A stretch of DNA of 64,000 nt from Spirochaetaceae bacterium (GTDB taxonomy: Bacteria; Spirochaetota; Spirochaetia; DSM-2461). Location: assembly GCA_965224705.1 (NCBI GenBank), contig OZ245056.1, positions 2,496,001-2,560,000 on the forward strand. Reading direction: 5' to 3'. A program made the position numbers and the translations under genes. Below, in pieces: positions 49,338-58,857 of this stretch; position 1 is the stretch's first letter; every line of letters starts with the position of its first letter. The notes beneath the pieces were generated by a model. It had not been told where the DNA came from. It was given only the letters and a program-made list of their open reading frames with translations, and did no database searches.

Positions 49338-49608
49338 GAGGAAGAAAAATCCAAACTAAATTCGGCTTTTCTTTCATTTTTGAGGTATTCTGCCACGAAA
49401 ATGCGGATGCATTCAGGCACCCGTGGGGGCTGTGTCAGGCCAAAGGCGAGTTCTGGCACAGCTCCTTTAGGAGGCCTCATCATTCTTCTACGGTTTAAAT
49501 CTCTGGTGATGGATCCGCCGGGTGGTGTGAAAGAATAATGCAGCCACACCATTGTCCTGGCTATTAACCTTGTTTCATATCTGGATACTCTCCAGCCAGG
49601 CTTTGATT

Positions 49609-50496
49609 TCAGTCTGACTCTATCCGTTTCAACCCATCTCGACTCATGACTAAACGGAATCTCTGAGTACTGTGATTCTGATTACCGAAACCTGTCAGGC
49701 AGATTACAAGGCTGAGGCTGTAGACGCGTTTGCTTTTCATTGCCCGTGGTTTTTCGTTCTCTGCAAATACTGATACCATCTTCTCTGGAGCATCCATACT
49801 TCGCAACAGTTCATCCAGTTTCAGGCGTACTATGTCCGTGACCGTATCCAGACGGATATGAAACTTTCTGAGTCTTTTATTGTTGATGACAATTTTTCGT
49901 CGGTAGTGAATCAGATCTTCCTCCGGATGAATATGCTGAAGAGGGCTTGTAATTGTTTGCCTTGCTCGCAAGACATCGCGAGGGGCATTTCTGGCCTTGA
50001 TAAAACGAACTCGACTGTTCACTCTTCCAGCCTTGTTTCCGGTAGCCTGGTCAGTCAGACGAATCCGTTCATCTGCAACAAGGCCAGGTGCGGTATGTAT
50101 CAGTACCTCCCTCAAAGACTCCTTAATGCGGTCTTTGAAAATGTATGAAACGACAATAGCTAAGATCCATGGAAGACTTTGTCCGGGGAGGTACCTATCT
50201 GCAATAATTGACACAGAAACAGCAAAGGTCATGGCAATTGCAGCTGCGATGCTGGCATAGAGTGGTGATCCTGTCTCCGACGCATATATGCACGCCAGAC
50301 TCCGTAATTCGTACAAAATCCGTTTTACATTAACATCATGCGGCAACAGACTGCTGTCAATTCCTTTCTGAATTCTGGAAAATGGACTGATTTCATACGA
50401 CGGATCAACAAGGTTCGACAGGGATATTGAGGGAACGCCGAATCGAGTCAGGCAGTTTATATCGGAGAAGAAACCGGAAACACCATCAAAATCATG
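49609..50496 (-). pseudogene. 5'-truncated membrane protein gene (probable pseudogene)
   Basis: Frame stays open upstream of the ORF-track start (DFDGVSGFFSDINCLTRFGVPSISLSNLVDP...) until an in-frame TGA at the island edge; no convincing start or SD. Confidence 0.55.
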
Positions 50497-50820
50497 TCAA
50501 AATTCTGGGGCAGCGAGTGGCTTGTGGAACCGCCGGAAGAATCACCTCCCGCGATTTCCCTTAATGAACTCTGTCAGAAGCTGCAGGAGAAATGTACCGA
50601 GGAAGGAGTGGAAAAGGATATAAACATCCATCAAAGCGCGAAAGCTCTCAAAATCCTTTTTCGGCACAGAGGCACAAAAGCCTATAATCTGAAATTTCTG
50701 CTGGAGGATATTTTTGGCAAAAACGCGCTTCACCTGGGATGGAGAATAACCCGCCTGGCCTGTCTGGCTGTTGATAACAATGGGGAAAACCCCATGAATT
50801 ACCTGAATCTCTGTCATTAA
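50494..50820 (+). CDS. Hypothetical ORF, probably the C-terminal remnant of an island gene
   Basis: 108 codons; ATG lies exactly at the junction with the truncated minus-strand gene, no SD; followed by a GC-rich hairpin. Confidence 0.4.
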   Translation: MSKFWGSEWLVEPPEESPPAISLNELCQKLQEKCTEEGVEKDINIHQSAKALKILFRHRGTKAYNLKFLLEDIFGKNALHLGWRITRLACLAVDNNGENPMNYLNLCH

Positions 50821-50944
50821 CATATCGGCGGCGGCCGGACTGCTTCAGGCTCCGCTGCCGCTCCGGCGGTTGAGAAGTGGATGCAGCGGATAATTTCGAG
50901 AATACATATTTTTATGAAAAAATAGAAATAAATATGAATAACCG

Positions 50945-50973
50945 TTGACCTTTCTCTGGGCTCATAGTATTTT
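50945..50973 (+). promoter_or_regulatory. Putative sigma70 promoter of the NLR-like gene
   Basis: TTGACC-17 nt-TATTTT preceded by an AT-rich UP-like tract; SD AAGGAG at 50983. Confidence 0.45.
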
Positions 50974-50994
50974 GTCTCTGCTAAGGAGAAAAAA

Positions 50995-53900
50995 ATGAAA
51001 TCCATAAGCAACGCCATTGACGAATTTCTTGCCCTGAATGAGCTCGGAAAAACCGATGCCAAAAACCTGAACAAGCTGATCGGGCTGCTGGAAGACGGAA
51101 AAGTGGCAACGGAAAGAGCCGTCCAGGCACTGTATGCCGACGCGAAAAATCCAGATGGCAGTTTCAAGAGCTTCATCATGAGGATCAGGGCGGCCATCAA
51201 GGTTACAGCGGACAATCAGAAAGACAAGCGGTTGAAGGAACGGTTGGAATCCATAAAGATAATCACCCATCAGAAAACCTCTTCCATGCCCGGCTGCATC
51301 AGTATTAAGGCCCACTCCGAACCGACCGGCCATCTGCCAGCGGCCAACCGGCAGTACCCGGATGAAAATTATGTTCAAAGCGAGGCATCCAGTGTGGATG
51401 GCAAGCCGCTCCGCAAGGGGGAATCAAAGCTGTTTCTCAGCTACTCCAATGAGAATGCCCGATTAGCCCACGACCTTAAAGACATGCTGGAACAGCAGAG
51501 TAAAGGCACCGAAAACCCTGTCCGTATTTGGTCCATGCTGGAACTGCTGCCGAACCAGAGTTTCATAGAACAGATCAGGGAGAAGCTGAATGAATGCGAT
51601 TTGGGCCTGGCCTGCCTGTCCCAGGCATTCCTCAATAGTCAATTCATAGCGGAGGAGGAAGTCCCTTTTCTACTGAACCACAATAAGATAATCCTGGTCG
51701 GACTGGATTCCCGTTGGGATGGCCGCTCAAAAACACCCTCAGAATTTTTTGATCTTGTGAAAAAGGGCTTTAACGAAAATATCCCCTACTGGAAAAAGAA
51801 TCTCTCGAAGTTATTAGGAATTCATGTATACCACCTGCGCGATACAGAGTGCGGTGCTTTTTGGGGACAATGTGTAAAGAAAACGCCCCAAGAGCAGTTT
51901 GTCGATGGTTTGATTGGGGATATTCGGAAAGTAATCAAACAGAAAAAAGAACGTGAAGAAAAACAGACCGAAGAATTAAAAAAGAACTGGGAAGTTGGAG
52001 ACCGGCGTTACCTTCCCAGGAACTATGTGGATACTGAAGTAAAAGCATTACTAATTCAAAGCCAAACAGAAGCATCCTCGGAAACGCAAAAACGGCACCA
52101 CGAACAGGATGACAAAGAGCCATCCAAACCAACCAGAGAATTGGTGCCCGACATGTTGAACTGGGCGGCCAACGGAAAGGAACCCGTTTACGCCATACTG
52201 GGCGACTACGGCATGGGCAAAACCTTTTCCTGCCGGATTTTCGCCCAGCGTCTGGATGAAGCGCACAAAAAAACGGCCTCCCTGCCGATTTCACTGTACA
52301 TGGATCTGCGTAAGGTACAGACCTTTGTTAAAGACAAGGGTATAGAACGCCTTCCGCGTCTGGACGAAATGATTGATATGATGCTTAAAAGTCATGGAGC
52401 TGAAGCCGATCCGAAGAGATTTATTGAAGACGCGAGACATGGCCGCGTTCTGCCCATATTCGACGGCCTGGATGAAAAGCTGGTCTACTACACCAGGGAC
52501 ATGCAGTACCAGTTTCTGAACGAACTGATGCGGGTGTTCCCGTTCGAAACAACACGGGACAAATCGAAGATCAAAGTCGTGATTTCCTGCCGGACGCATC
52601 ACTTTGAATCAATTGCCCAACAGTCCGTTTTCCTGCAGGGCCTTTACCGGGATGACAGCATGCGGGGCGACTTCCGGGCCATGGAAATACTGCCCCTGTC
52701 GGATGGAAAGATGCGCCAACTCCTGGAAAAAAGGCTGGGCCGGGATGCCACGTTCCAGGTGTGGGAATACATAGACCGTCAGGAATACCTGGCCGCCCTG
52801 GGCCGCCGTCCCCTTCTGCTCAGCAAACTGCCCGATATGCTCCCGTCCATCCAGTCCATGCAGTCAGAGGGAATTCCCGTCAATGCCGCCGTGTTCTATA
52901 AAGCCCTTATCGATGATGTACTGGCTCGGGATAATCCCAAACATGTCCTTAAAAACCGTCATAAGCACCGCCTTCTGCTGGATTTGGCCCTGTATTTCTG
53001 GGAGAAGGGAGAACAGAGCATGAACATAGACAATTTGAACGACTGGTACCAGGCATGGCTGCGCCGCGACCCGGACATGTTTGCCCAGTATCAGACAGAG
53101 GGCAGTGAACAACTGGAAAAAGACCTGCGCAACTCCACCCTGCTGCTCCGCTTCGGTGAAAAAGAATTTGGTTTTACCCACAGCTCCATGCAGGAATACT
53201 TACTGGCCCGGAAACTGCTTTCAGAATGGGGGCAAAACGGTTATTCCCTGGCCAAACCTGTTTCCCGTTTGACAGAGAAGTTCATTGGCGAAGCCCTCGT
53301 GTTGCTGGAGGACGGCGAACGGCGGAAACTGCGTGAACAGCTTGCTGTTTATGCCGCCAGGCCGGAAAAAACCGCCCACTCACCCCATCAGGATGCCCTG
53401 CTGCTCTGCGTAATCCATTCCGCGGCGGAAGCGGGACGGCCTTTTGAAGCCTTTGATGCCATCCATGTCTTTGGTGTCAATTTCTCCGGTGAACGGATTA
53501 GGGGCCTTCGTGCCCGGAAACTAACCCTGAACCGCTGTGAAATGCCGCTCTGCCGCTGGCAGGAAAGCAATATTGACAACCTGGAGTTGAACGAAACCAA
53601 CATCAACCAATCGGTGTGGGAGGAATGCCGGGTTGAGCAAGCGGCGGGAAATGCCCAGGGGCTGACCTGCGTCAACACAGTGGGGCGGATTGAGGGACTC
53701 TGCAAAAACGGAGGAGGCCGGATATATCCGCTGCCGGAGAAGGCCCCTGTGCCGCCCCCGCCGTACGCGGAGAATAATGTAACATGGGGTCATAACTATG
53801 AAATAAACGCGTTGTCATTCAGCCCCGATGGCCGCCTTCTGGCTTCCGCTTCCTCTGACGACACGGTGAGAATCTGGAGCGCGGAGGGCGAATGCCTGCG

Positions 53901-55719
53901 CGTCCTGGAGGGCCATTCCGATGGGGTTCATAGTGTGGACTTCAGCCCCGATGGCCGCCTTCTGGCTTCCGCTTCCTCTGACAACACGGTGAGAATCTGG
54001 AGCGCGGAGGGCGAATGCCTGCGCGTCCTGGAGGGCCATTCCGATGGGGTTCATAGTGTGGGCTTCAGCCCCGATGGCCGCCTTCTGGCTTCCGCTTCCT
54101 CTGACGACACGGTGAGAATCTGGAGCGCGGAGGGCGAATGCCTGCGCGTCCTGGAGGGCCATTCCGATTGGGTTCATAGTGTGGGCTTCAGCCCCGATGG
54201 CCGCCTTCTGGCTTCCGCTTCCTCTGACGACACGGTGAGAATCTGGAGCGCGGAGGGCGAATGCCTGCGCGTCCTGGAGGGCCATTCCGATTCGGTTTGG
54301 AGTGTGGGCTTCAGCCCCGATGGCCGCCTTCTGGCTTCCGCTTCCTCTGACGACACGGTGAGAATCTGGAGTGCGGAGGGCGAATGCCTGCGCGTCCTGG
54401 AGGGCCATTCCGATTCGATTAATAGTGTGGGCTTCAGCCCCGATGGCCGCCTTCTGGCTTCCGCTTCCTCTGACGACACGGTGAGAATCTGGAGCGCGGA
54501 GGGCGAATGCCTGCGCGTCCTGGAGGGCCATTTCCATTGGGTTCATAGTGTGGGCTTCAGCCCCGATGGCCGCCTTCTGGCTTCCGCTTCCTATGATCAC
54601 ACGGTGAGAATCTGGAGCGCGGAGGGCGAATGCCTGCGCGTCCTGGAGGGCCATTCCGATTGGGTTCATAGTGTGGGCTTCAGCCCCGATGGCCGCCTTC
54701 TGGCTTCCGCTTCCTCTGACAACACGGTGAGAATCTGGAGTGCGGAGGGCGAATGCCTGCACGTCCTGGAGGGCCATTTCCTTTCGGTTAATAGTGTGGG
54801 CTACAGCCCCGATGGCCGCCTTCTGGCTTCCGCTTCCTATGATCACACGGTGAGAATCTGGAGCGCGGAGGGCGAATGCCTGCGCGTCCTGGAGGGCCAT
54901 TCCGGTGGGGTTTGGAGTGTGGGCTTCAGCCCCGATGGCCGCCGTCTGGCTTCCGCTTCTTCTGTCAACATGGTGAGAATCTGGAGCGCGGAGGGCGAAT
55001 GCCTGCGCGTCCTGGAGGGCCATTCCGATGGGGTTCGGAGTGTGGGCTTCAGCCCCGATGGCCGCCTTCTGGCTTCCGCTTCCTATGACCACACGGTGAG
55101 AATCTGGAGCGCGGAGGGCGAATGCCTGCGCGTCCTGGAGGGCCATTCCGATTCGGTTATGAGTGTGGGCTTCAGCCCCGATGGCCGCCGTCTGGCTTCC
55201 GCTTCCTTTGATAAAACGGTGAGAATCTGGAGCGCGGAGGGCGAATGCCTGCGCGTCCTGGAGGGCCATTCCGGTGGGGTTATGAGTGTGGGCTTCAGCC
55301 CCGATGGCCGCCTTCTGGCTTCCGCTTCCGATGACAACACGGTGAGAATCTGGAGCGCGGAGGGCGAATGCCTGCGCGTCCTGGAGGGCCATTCCGATTC
55401 GGTTATGTGTGTGGGCTTCAGCCCCGATGGCCGCCTTCTGGCTTCCGGATCCCATGACGGAACGCATATTATCTGGTCCGTAGACCAGGGCCTTCCGCTC
55501 CGTATTATGAGCGCGCAAATAGACGGGCAGTGGTGGTCGGTGGAAATAGACGAAAACCGCCGTTACACCCGGATGCTGGGCACCGAACTGGCCTGGCAGC
55601 GGGTGTGGCTGCGGCATAAGGACGGTGTGGCTTCCCTGGATGCCTTTGACGGGTTTCGATTGGTGCCGTCACGACACTGCCTGAAAAATGATGCCAAAAC
55701 ACATCTGAATCGACCATGA
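50995..55719 (+). CDS. NLR-like STAND protein: N-domain + TIR + NACHT + pentapeptide-like region + 14 WD40 repeats
   Basis: TIR KLFLSYS...LSQAFLNSQFIAEEEVP; Walker A GDYGMGKT; Walker B IFDGLDE; ISCRT; RPLLL; FTHSSMQEYLLA; GH...FSPDG...W repeats. Confidence 0.92.
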   Translation: MKSISNAIDEFLALNELGKTDAKNLNKLIGLLEDGKVATERAVQALYADAKNPDGSFKSFIMRIRAAIKVTADNQKDKRLKERLESIKIITHQKTSSMPGCISIKAHSEPTGHLPAANRQYPDENYVQSEASSVDGKPLRKGESKLFLSYSNENARLAHDLKDMLEQQSKGTENPVRIWSMLELLPNQSFIEQIREKLNECDLGLACLSQAFLNSQFIAEEEVPFLLNHNKIILVGLDSRWDGRSKTPSEFFDLVKKGFNENIPYWKKNLSKLLGIHVYHLRDTECGAFWGQCVKKTPQEQFVDGLIGDIRKVIKQKKEREEKQTEELKKNWEVGDRRYLPRNYVDTEVKALLIQSQTEASSETQKRHHEQDDKEPSKPTRELVPDMLNWAANGKEPVYAILGDYGMGKTFSCRIFAQRLDEAHKKTASLPISLYMDLRKVQTFVKDKGIERLPRLDEMIDMMLKSHGAEADPKRFIEDARHGRVLPIFDGLDEKLVYYTRDMQYQFLNELMRVFPFETTRDKSKIKVVISCRTHHFESIAQQSVFLQGLYRDDSMRGDFRAMEILPLSDGKMRQLLEKRLGRDATFQVWEYIDRQEYLAALGRRPLLLSKLPDMLPSIQSMQSEGIPVNAAVFYKALIDDVLARDNPKHVLKNRHKHRLLLDLALYFWEKGEQSMNIDNLNDWYQAWLRRDPDMFAQYQTEGSEQLEKDLRNSTLLLRFGEKEFGFTHSSMQEYLLARKLLSEWGQNGYSLAKPVSRLTEKFIGEALVLLEDGERRKLREQLAVYAARPEKTAHSPHQDALLLCVIHSAAEAGRPFEAFDAIHVFGVNFSGERIRGLRARKLTLNRCEMPLCRWQESNIDNLELNETNINQSVWEECRVEQAAGNAQGLTCVNTVGRIEGLCKNGGGRIYPLPEKAPVPPPPYAENNVTWGHNYEINALSFSPDGRLLASASSDDTVRIWSAEGECLRVLEGHSDGVHSVDFSPDGRLLASASSDNTVRIWSAEGECLRVLEGHSDGVHSVGFSPDGRLLASASSDDTVRIWSAEGECLRVLEGHSDWVHSVGFSPDGRLLASASSDDTVRIWSAEGECLRVLEGHSDSVWSVGFSPDGRLLASASSDDTVRIWSAEGECLRVLEGHSDSINSVGFSPDGRLLASASSDDTVRIWSAEGECLRVLEGHFHWVHSVGFSPDGRLLASASYDHTVRIWSAEGECLRVLEGHSDWVHSVGFSPDGRLLASASSDNTVRIWSAEGECLHVLEGHFLSVNSVGYSPDGRLLASASYDHTVRIWSAEGECLRVLEGHSGGVWSVGFSPDGRRLASASSVNMVRIWSAEGECLRVLEGHSDGVRSVGFSPDGRLLASASYDHTVRIWSAEGECLRVLEGHSDSVMSVGFSPDGRRLASASFDKTVRIWSAEGECLRVLEGHSGGVMSVGFSPDGRLLASASDDNTVRIWSAEGECLRVLEGHSDSVMCVGFSPDGRLLASGSHDGTHIIWSVDQGLPLRIMSAQIDGQWWSVEIDENRRYTRMLGTELAWQRVWLRHKDGVASLDAFDGFRLVPSRHCLKNDAKTHLNRP
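53788..55479 (+). repeat. 14 tandem 123-bp WD40-encoding repeats of very high DNA identity
   Basis: GH codons at 53788, 53911 ... 55387 (period exactly 123 nt). Confidence 0.97.
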
Positions 55720-55858
55720 TTCCTAATCGCAGAATGAGATGCGATTGCCCCGAGGGAATAAAACAAGATACCTGTCTTTTCAAATAAAATCATCCTGCTT
55801 GCCCAAGCTGACTGAAAAATGCTACGTTAGTTCTCATTCTATAAGTAAGGATTAACCT

Positions 55859-57265
55859 GTGCCCAAAGAGAAACAAGCGAACAACATCGGTAATGAACAT
55901 GGTGCATCAATGGAAAAGATGGTCTCTCTCTGCAAAAGAAGAGGATTCGTCTATCCTTCCAGCGAGATCTATGGAGGTTTATCTGCCACCTGGGACTATG
56001 GCCCATTGGGCGTTGAACTGAAGAAAAACATTCAGGAAGCCTGGTGGAAGGAGATGGTGCAGAGGCATACCAATATTGTTGGACTTGATGCTGCCATCAT
56101 GATGCATCCACGAACCTGGGAGGCCTCAGGCCATGTTGAGAATTTTTCCGACCCCCTGGTGGATTGCAAGAAGTGTAAAACCCGATTCCGGGCTGATCAT
56201 CTGGAAGATATTCGCAAAGAACAGGAAATCAGCCATGATAACTGCCCTGAATGCGGAGGGGAGCTGACCGAACCCCGGCAGTTCAATCTTATGTTTACCA
56301 CCCACATGGGACCAGTCGCAGACACAGGCTCCCTGATTTACCTTCGGCCTGAAACAGCCCAGGGTATCTTTGTCAATTTTAAAAATGTTGTGGATACCAC
56401 AAGGGTGCAGATTCCTTTCGGCATCGCCCAGGTTGGAAAGGCGTTCCGGAATGAAATAACCACTAAGAACTTCATTTTTCGCACCTGTGAATTTGAGCAA
56501 ATGGAAATGCAGTACTTCGTGAAACCGGGTACTGAGGACGATTTTTTTGAGGAATGGAAGGCCAAACGTCTATCCTGGTATGTTGACCGCCTGGGTATTA
56601 TGGCAGACCGGCTTCGATATTCAGAGCATGGCCCGGATGAACTGGCCCACTATGCAAAGGTGGCCTTTGATATTCAGTACAAATACCCGTTTGGATGGCA
56701 GGAGCTGGAAGGCATTCATTCACGGACGGACTATGATTTAAGACGGCATGGCGAGTTCTGCGGGAAGGAAATCAACTATCTGGATCCGGTCGATAACAGC
56801 CGCTACATTCCCTATGTTATTGAGACTTCTTCCGGCCTTACCAGGAGCGTATTGGTGACTTTGATGGATGCCTACCATGAGGAAAATATTGGGGAACAAA
56901 ACGGGAAGCCTGATATCCGCACCGTACTGCATCTCCACCCCGACATTGCCCCGGTGAGAGTGGCTGTTTTTCCCCTGGTTAAGAAGGATGGACTGGCTGA
57001 GCTTGCCCGGGATCTGGAATTGGAGCTCCGGGAGGACTATTCCACTTTCTACGATCAAGGCGGAGCAATCGGACGCCGTTATCGCCGCATGGATGAAATT
57101 GGAACTCCCTTCTGTGTGACCATTGACCATGAAACAAAAGAGAATAAAACAGTAACTCTCCGGTTTCGGGATTCCATGGAACAGGTGAGAGTTCCTCTTG
57201 ATGGTGTCAGTCAGGTTATCCGCAGGGAAAGCAGGGAATACGTTCGGAAAACAACTTCGGTTTGA
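55859..57265 (+). CDS. glyQS: Glycine--tRNA ligase (alpha2 type)
   Basis: LCKRRGF, WDYGPLG, YLRPETAQG, FRNEIT, EFEQME, IGRRYRRMDEIGTP. Confidence 0.96.
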   Translation: MPKEKQANNIGNEHGASMEKMVSLCKRRGFVYPSSEIYGGLSATWDYGPLGVELKKNIQEAWWKEMVQRHTNIVGLDAAIMMHPRTWEASGHVENFSDPLVDCKKCKTRFRADHLEDIRKEQEISHDNCPECGGELTEPRQFNLMFTTHMGPVADTGSLIYLRPETAQGIFVNFKNVVDTTRVQIPFGIAQVGKAFRNEITTKNFIFRTCEFEQMEMQYFVKPGTEDDFFEEWKAKRLSWYVDRLGIMADRLRYSEHGPDELAHYAKVAFDIQYKYPFGWQELEGIHSRTDYDLRRHGEFCGKEINYLDPVDNSRYIPYVIETSSGLTRSVLVTLMDAYHEENIGEQNGKPDIRTVLHLHPDIAPVRVAVFPLVKKDGLAELARDLELELREDYSTFYDQGGAIGRRYRRMDEIGTPFCVTIDHETKENKTVTLRFRDSMEQVRVPLDGVSQVIRRESREYVRKTTSV

Positions 57266-58504
57266 ATGATGAATGCATTAGACGTCCTGAAGGAACGGGG
57301 ATTTTTTCAGCAGTGTACCAGTGAGGAAGGACTGAGGAGTGAACTCTCAAAGGGATCTCAACGGTTTTATATCGGACTTGATCCCACAGGCCCCTCCTGT
57401 CACATCGGCCACCTTGTGCCCATCTATGCGGCGGCTCATTTACAGAGAGCCGGTCATGTTCCCATAATTCTTATGGGCGGAGGAACTGCTCTTATCGGAG
57501 ATCCCTCGGGCAAGACTGAAATGCGGCAGTTGATCAGTCCTCAGCAGGTTGATCAGAATATCACAGGCATGAAATCACAACTGAGCCGACTCATTGATTT
57601 TGTCAACTCCAGCGCCATCATTGAGAACAATGCCCAGTGGCTTGCACCGCTCAACTACCTGGATTTCCTCCGTGATATTGGGAGGCACTTCAGTGTAAAC
57701 CGCATGCTGACTTTTGAAGCTTACAGGCAGCGTCTGGAAAAGGGCCTGTCATTTCTGGAATTCAATTACCAGCTTCTCCAGTCCTATGATTTCCTTGAAT
57801 TGTACCGGCGCCACAACTGTGTCCTCCAGATTGGTGGGGATGACCAGTGGGGTAACATTGTTGCGGGTATGGAGTTGATCCGCCGGGTGGAAGGTGTTAC
57901 AACATTTGGTCTGACTTTTCCCCTCATCACAAGATCGGATGGGAAGAAAATGGGTAAAACAGAACAGGGTGCCCTGTTTCTGGATCGGGAACTTGTTTCT
58001 GTGTATGATTTCTATCAGTACTGGCGCAATGTCCCGGATGAGGATGTTGGCAGATTTTTACTTCTCTTTACCTTTTTAGATGCAGAAGAGTGCCGTGAAC
58101 TTGGTGCGCTGAATGATAGGACCATCAATGATTCCAAGGAACGGCTGGCCTGGGAGATTACCAGACTCCTTCATGGTGAGGACCAGGCCATGACAGCTCG
58201 AGAGGCTTCTCAATCCATGTTTACAGGAATCGGAAAGAAGGATGGAATGCCTGGCACAGAATTATCACCCGATCTGTTCGATAATGGAATAAACATGATT
58301 GAACTCTTTGTCATTACCGGCTTATGCTCATCGAAGAGTGAGGCACGTCGTCTTGTACAGCAGGGCGGAGCCAGGGTGAACGATAAAAAAATGGATGATA
58401 TTGATGCCGTGATAGCATTGGAATCCTTCATCGGCGGTGAGATAATTCTCAAAGCTGGTAAGAAGCGTTTTCATCGTGTCAGCTTGAAGCCGGACAGTGC
58501 CTGA
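57266..58504 (+). CDS. tyrS: Tyrosine--tRNA ligase
   Basis: GLDPTG..HIGH, QIGGDDQWGN, KMGKT, C-terminal S4 domain. Confidence 0.96.
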   Translation: MMNALDVLKERGFFQQCTSEEGLRSELSKGSQRFYIGLDPTGPSCHIGHLVPIYAAAHLQRAGHVPIILMGGGTALIGDPSGKTEMRQLISPQQVDQNITGMKSQLSRLIDFVNSSAIIENNAQWLAPLNYLDFLRDIGRHFSVNRMLTFEAYRQRLEKGLSFLEFNYQLLQSYDFLELYRRHNCVLQIGGDDQWGNIVAGMELIRRVEGVTTFGLTFPLITRSDGKKMGKTEQGALFLDRELVSVYDFYQYWRNVPDEDVGRFLLLFTFLDAEECRELGALNDRTINDSKERLAWEITRLLHGEDQAMTAREASQSMFTGIGKKDGMPGTELSPDLFDNGINMIELFVITGLCSSKSEARRLVQQGGARVNDKKMDDIDAVIALESFIGGEIILKAGKKRFHRVSLKPDSA

Positions 58505-58857
58505 TGCAGATAATCGGAAGGATGAAATGCCGGGACACGAAGAAATGCCGACTCTGGTTCGACCAGAGGGGAATCAAGTACCATTTTGTTGATCTTGAAA
58601 AACGAGATTTGAGTCAGGGTGAATGGCAGGCTGTTGCAACCGGGCGAAATTGGGATGATTTAATAGACCGGAGCGGAAAGGCATGGGAAAAGCATCAACT
58701 GGCCTGGAAGGATTACAATCCCCGGGATGAATTGATGGATGATTCAGCCTTACTCAAAACCCCGGTACTGAGGGAGGGGCGAATGGTTGCTGTTGGCTAT
58801 GATCCCGGGGCATGGGAAAAGGTTCTGCAGATGATTAAATCAGGAGGGGAGAAATGA
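58504..58857 (+). CDS. ArsC/Spx (YffB-like) family protein
   Basis: KCRDTKK, LLKTPVLR, VGY. Confidence 0.85.
   Translation: MQIIGRMKCRDTKKCRLWFDQRGIKYHFVDLEKRDLSQGEWQAVATGRNWDDLIDRSGKAWEKHQLAWKDYNPRDELMDDSALLKTPVLREGRMVAVGYDPGAWEKVLQMIKSGGEK

Noticed and set aside
49425..49466. GGGGCTGTGTCA...TGGCACAGCTCC inverted repeat after gltX
   Set aside because: Single copy in the window; could be a terminator or a tiny IS-end relic, and the two cannot be distinguished
53788..55479. CRISPR array or DGR target
   Set aside because: Units are in-frame coding repeats with no unique spacers and no cas genes. No reverse transcriptase or template repeat is in the window, and the variable codons (GGG/TGG/TCG; third positions also vary) do not fit the usual AAY-based adenine mutagenesis. 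A trans-acting DGR cannot be fully excluded.
53815..55617. 600-aa antisense repetitive ORF
   Set aside because: Shadow of the stop-free WD40 repeat array; no SD or domain signal
55720..55858. T-box leader for glyQS-tyrS, or right-hand att site of the island
   Set aside because: No T-box consensus or terminator; no direct repeat matching the left junction was found
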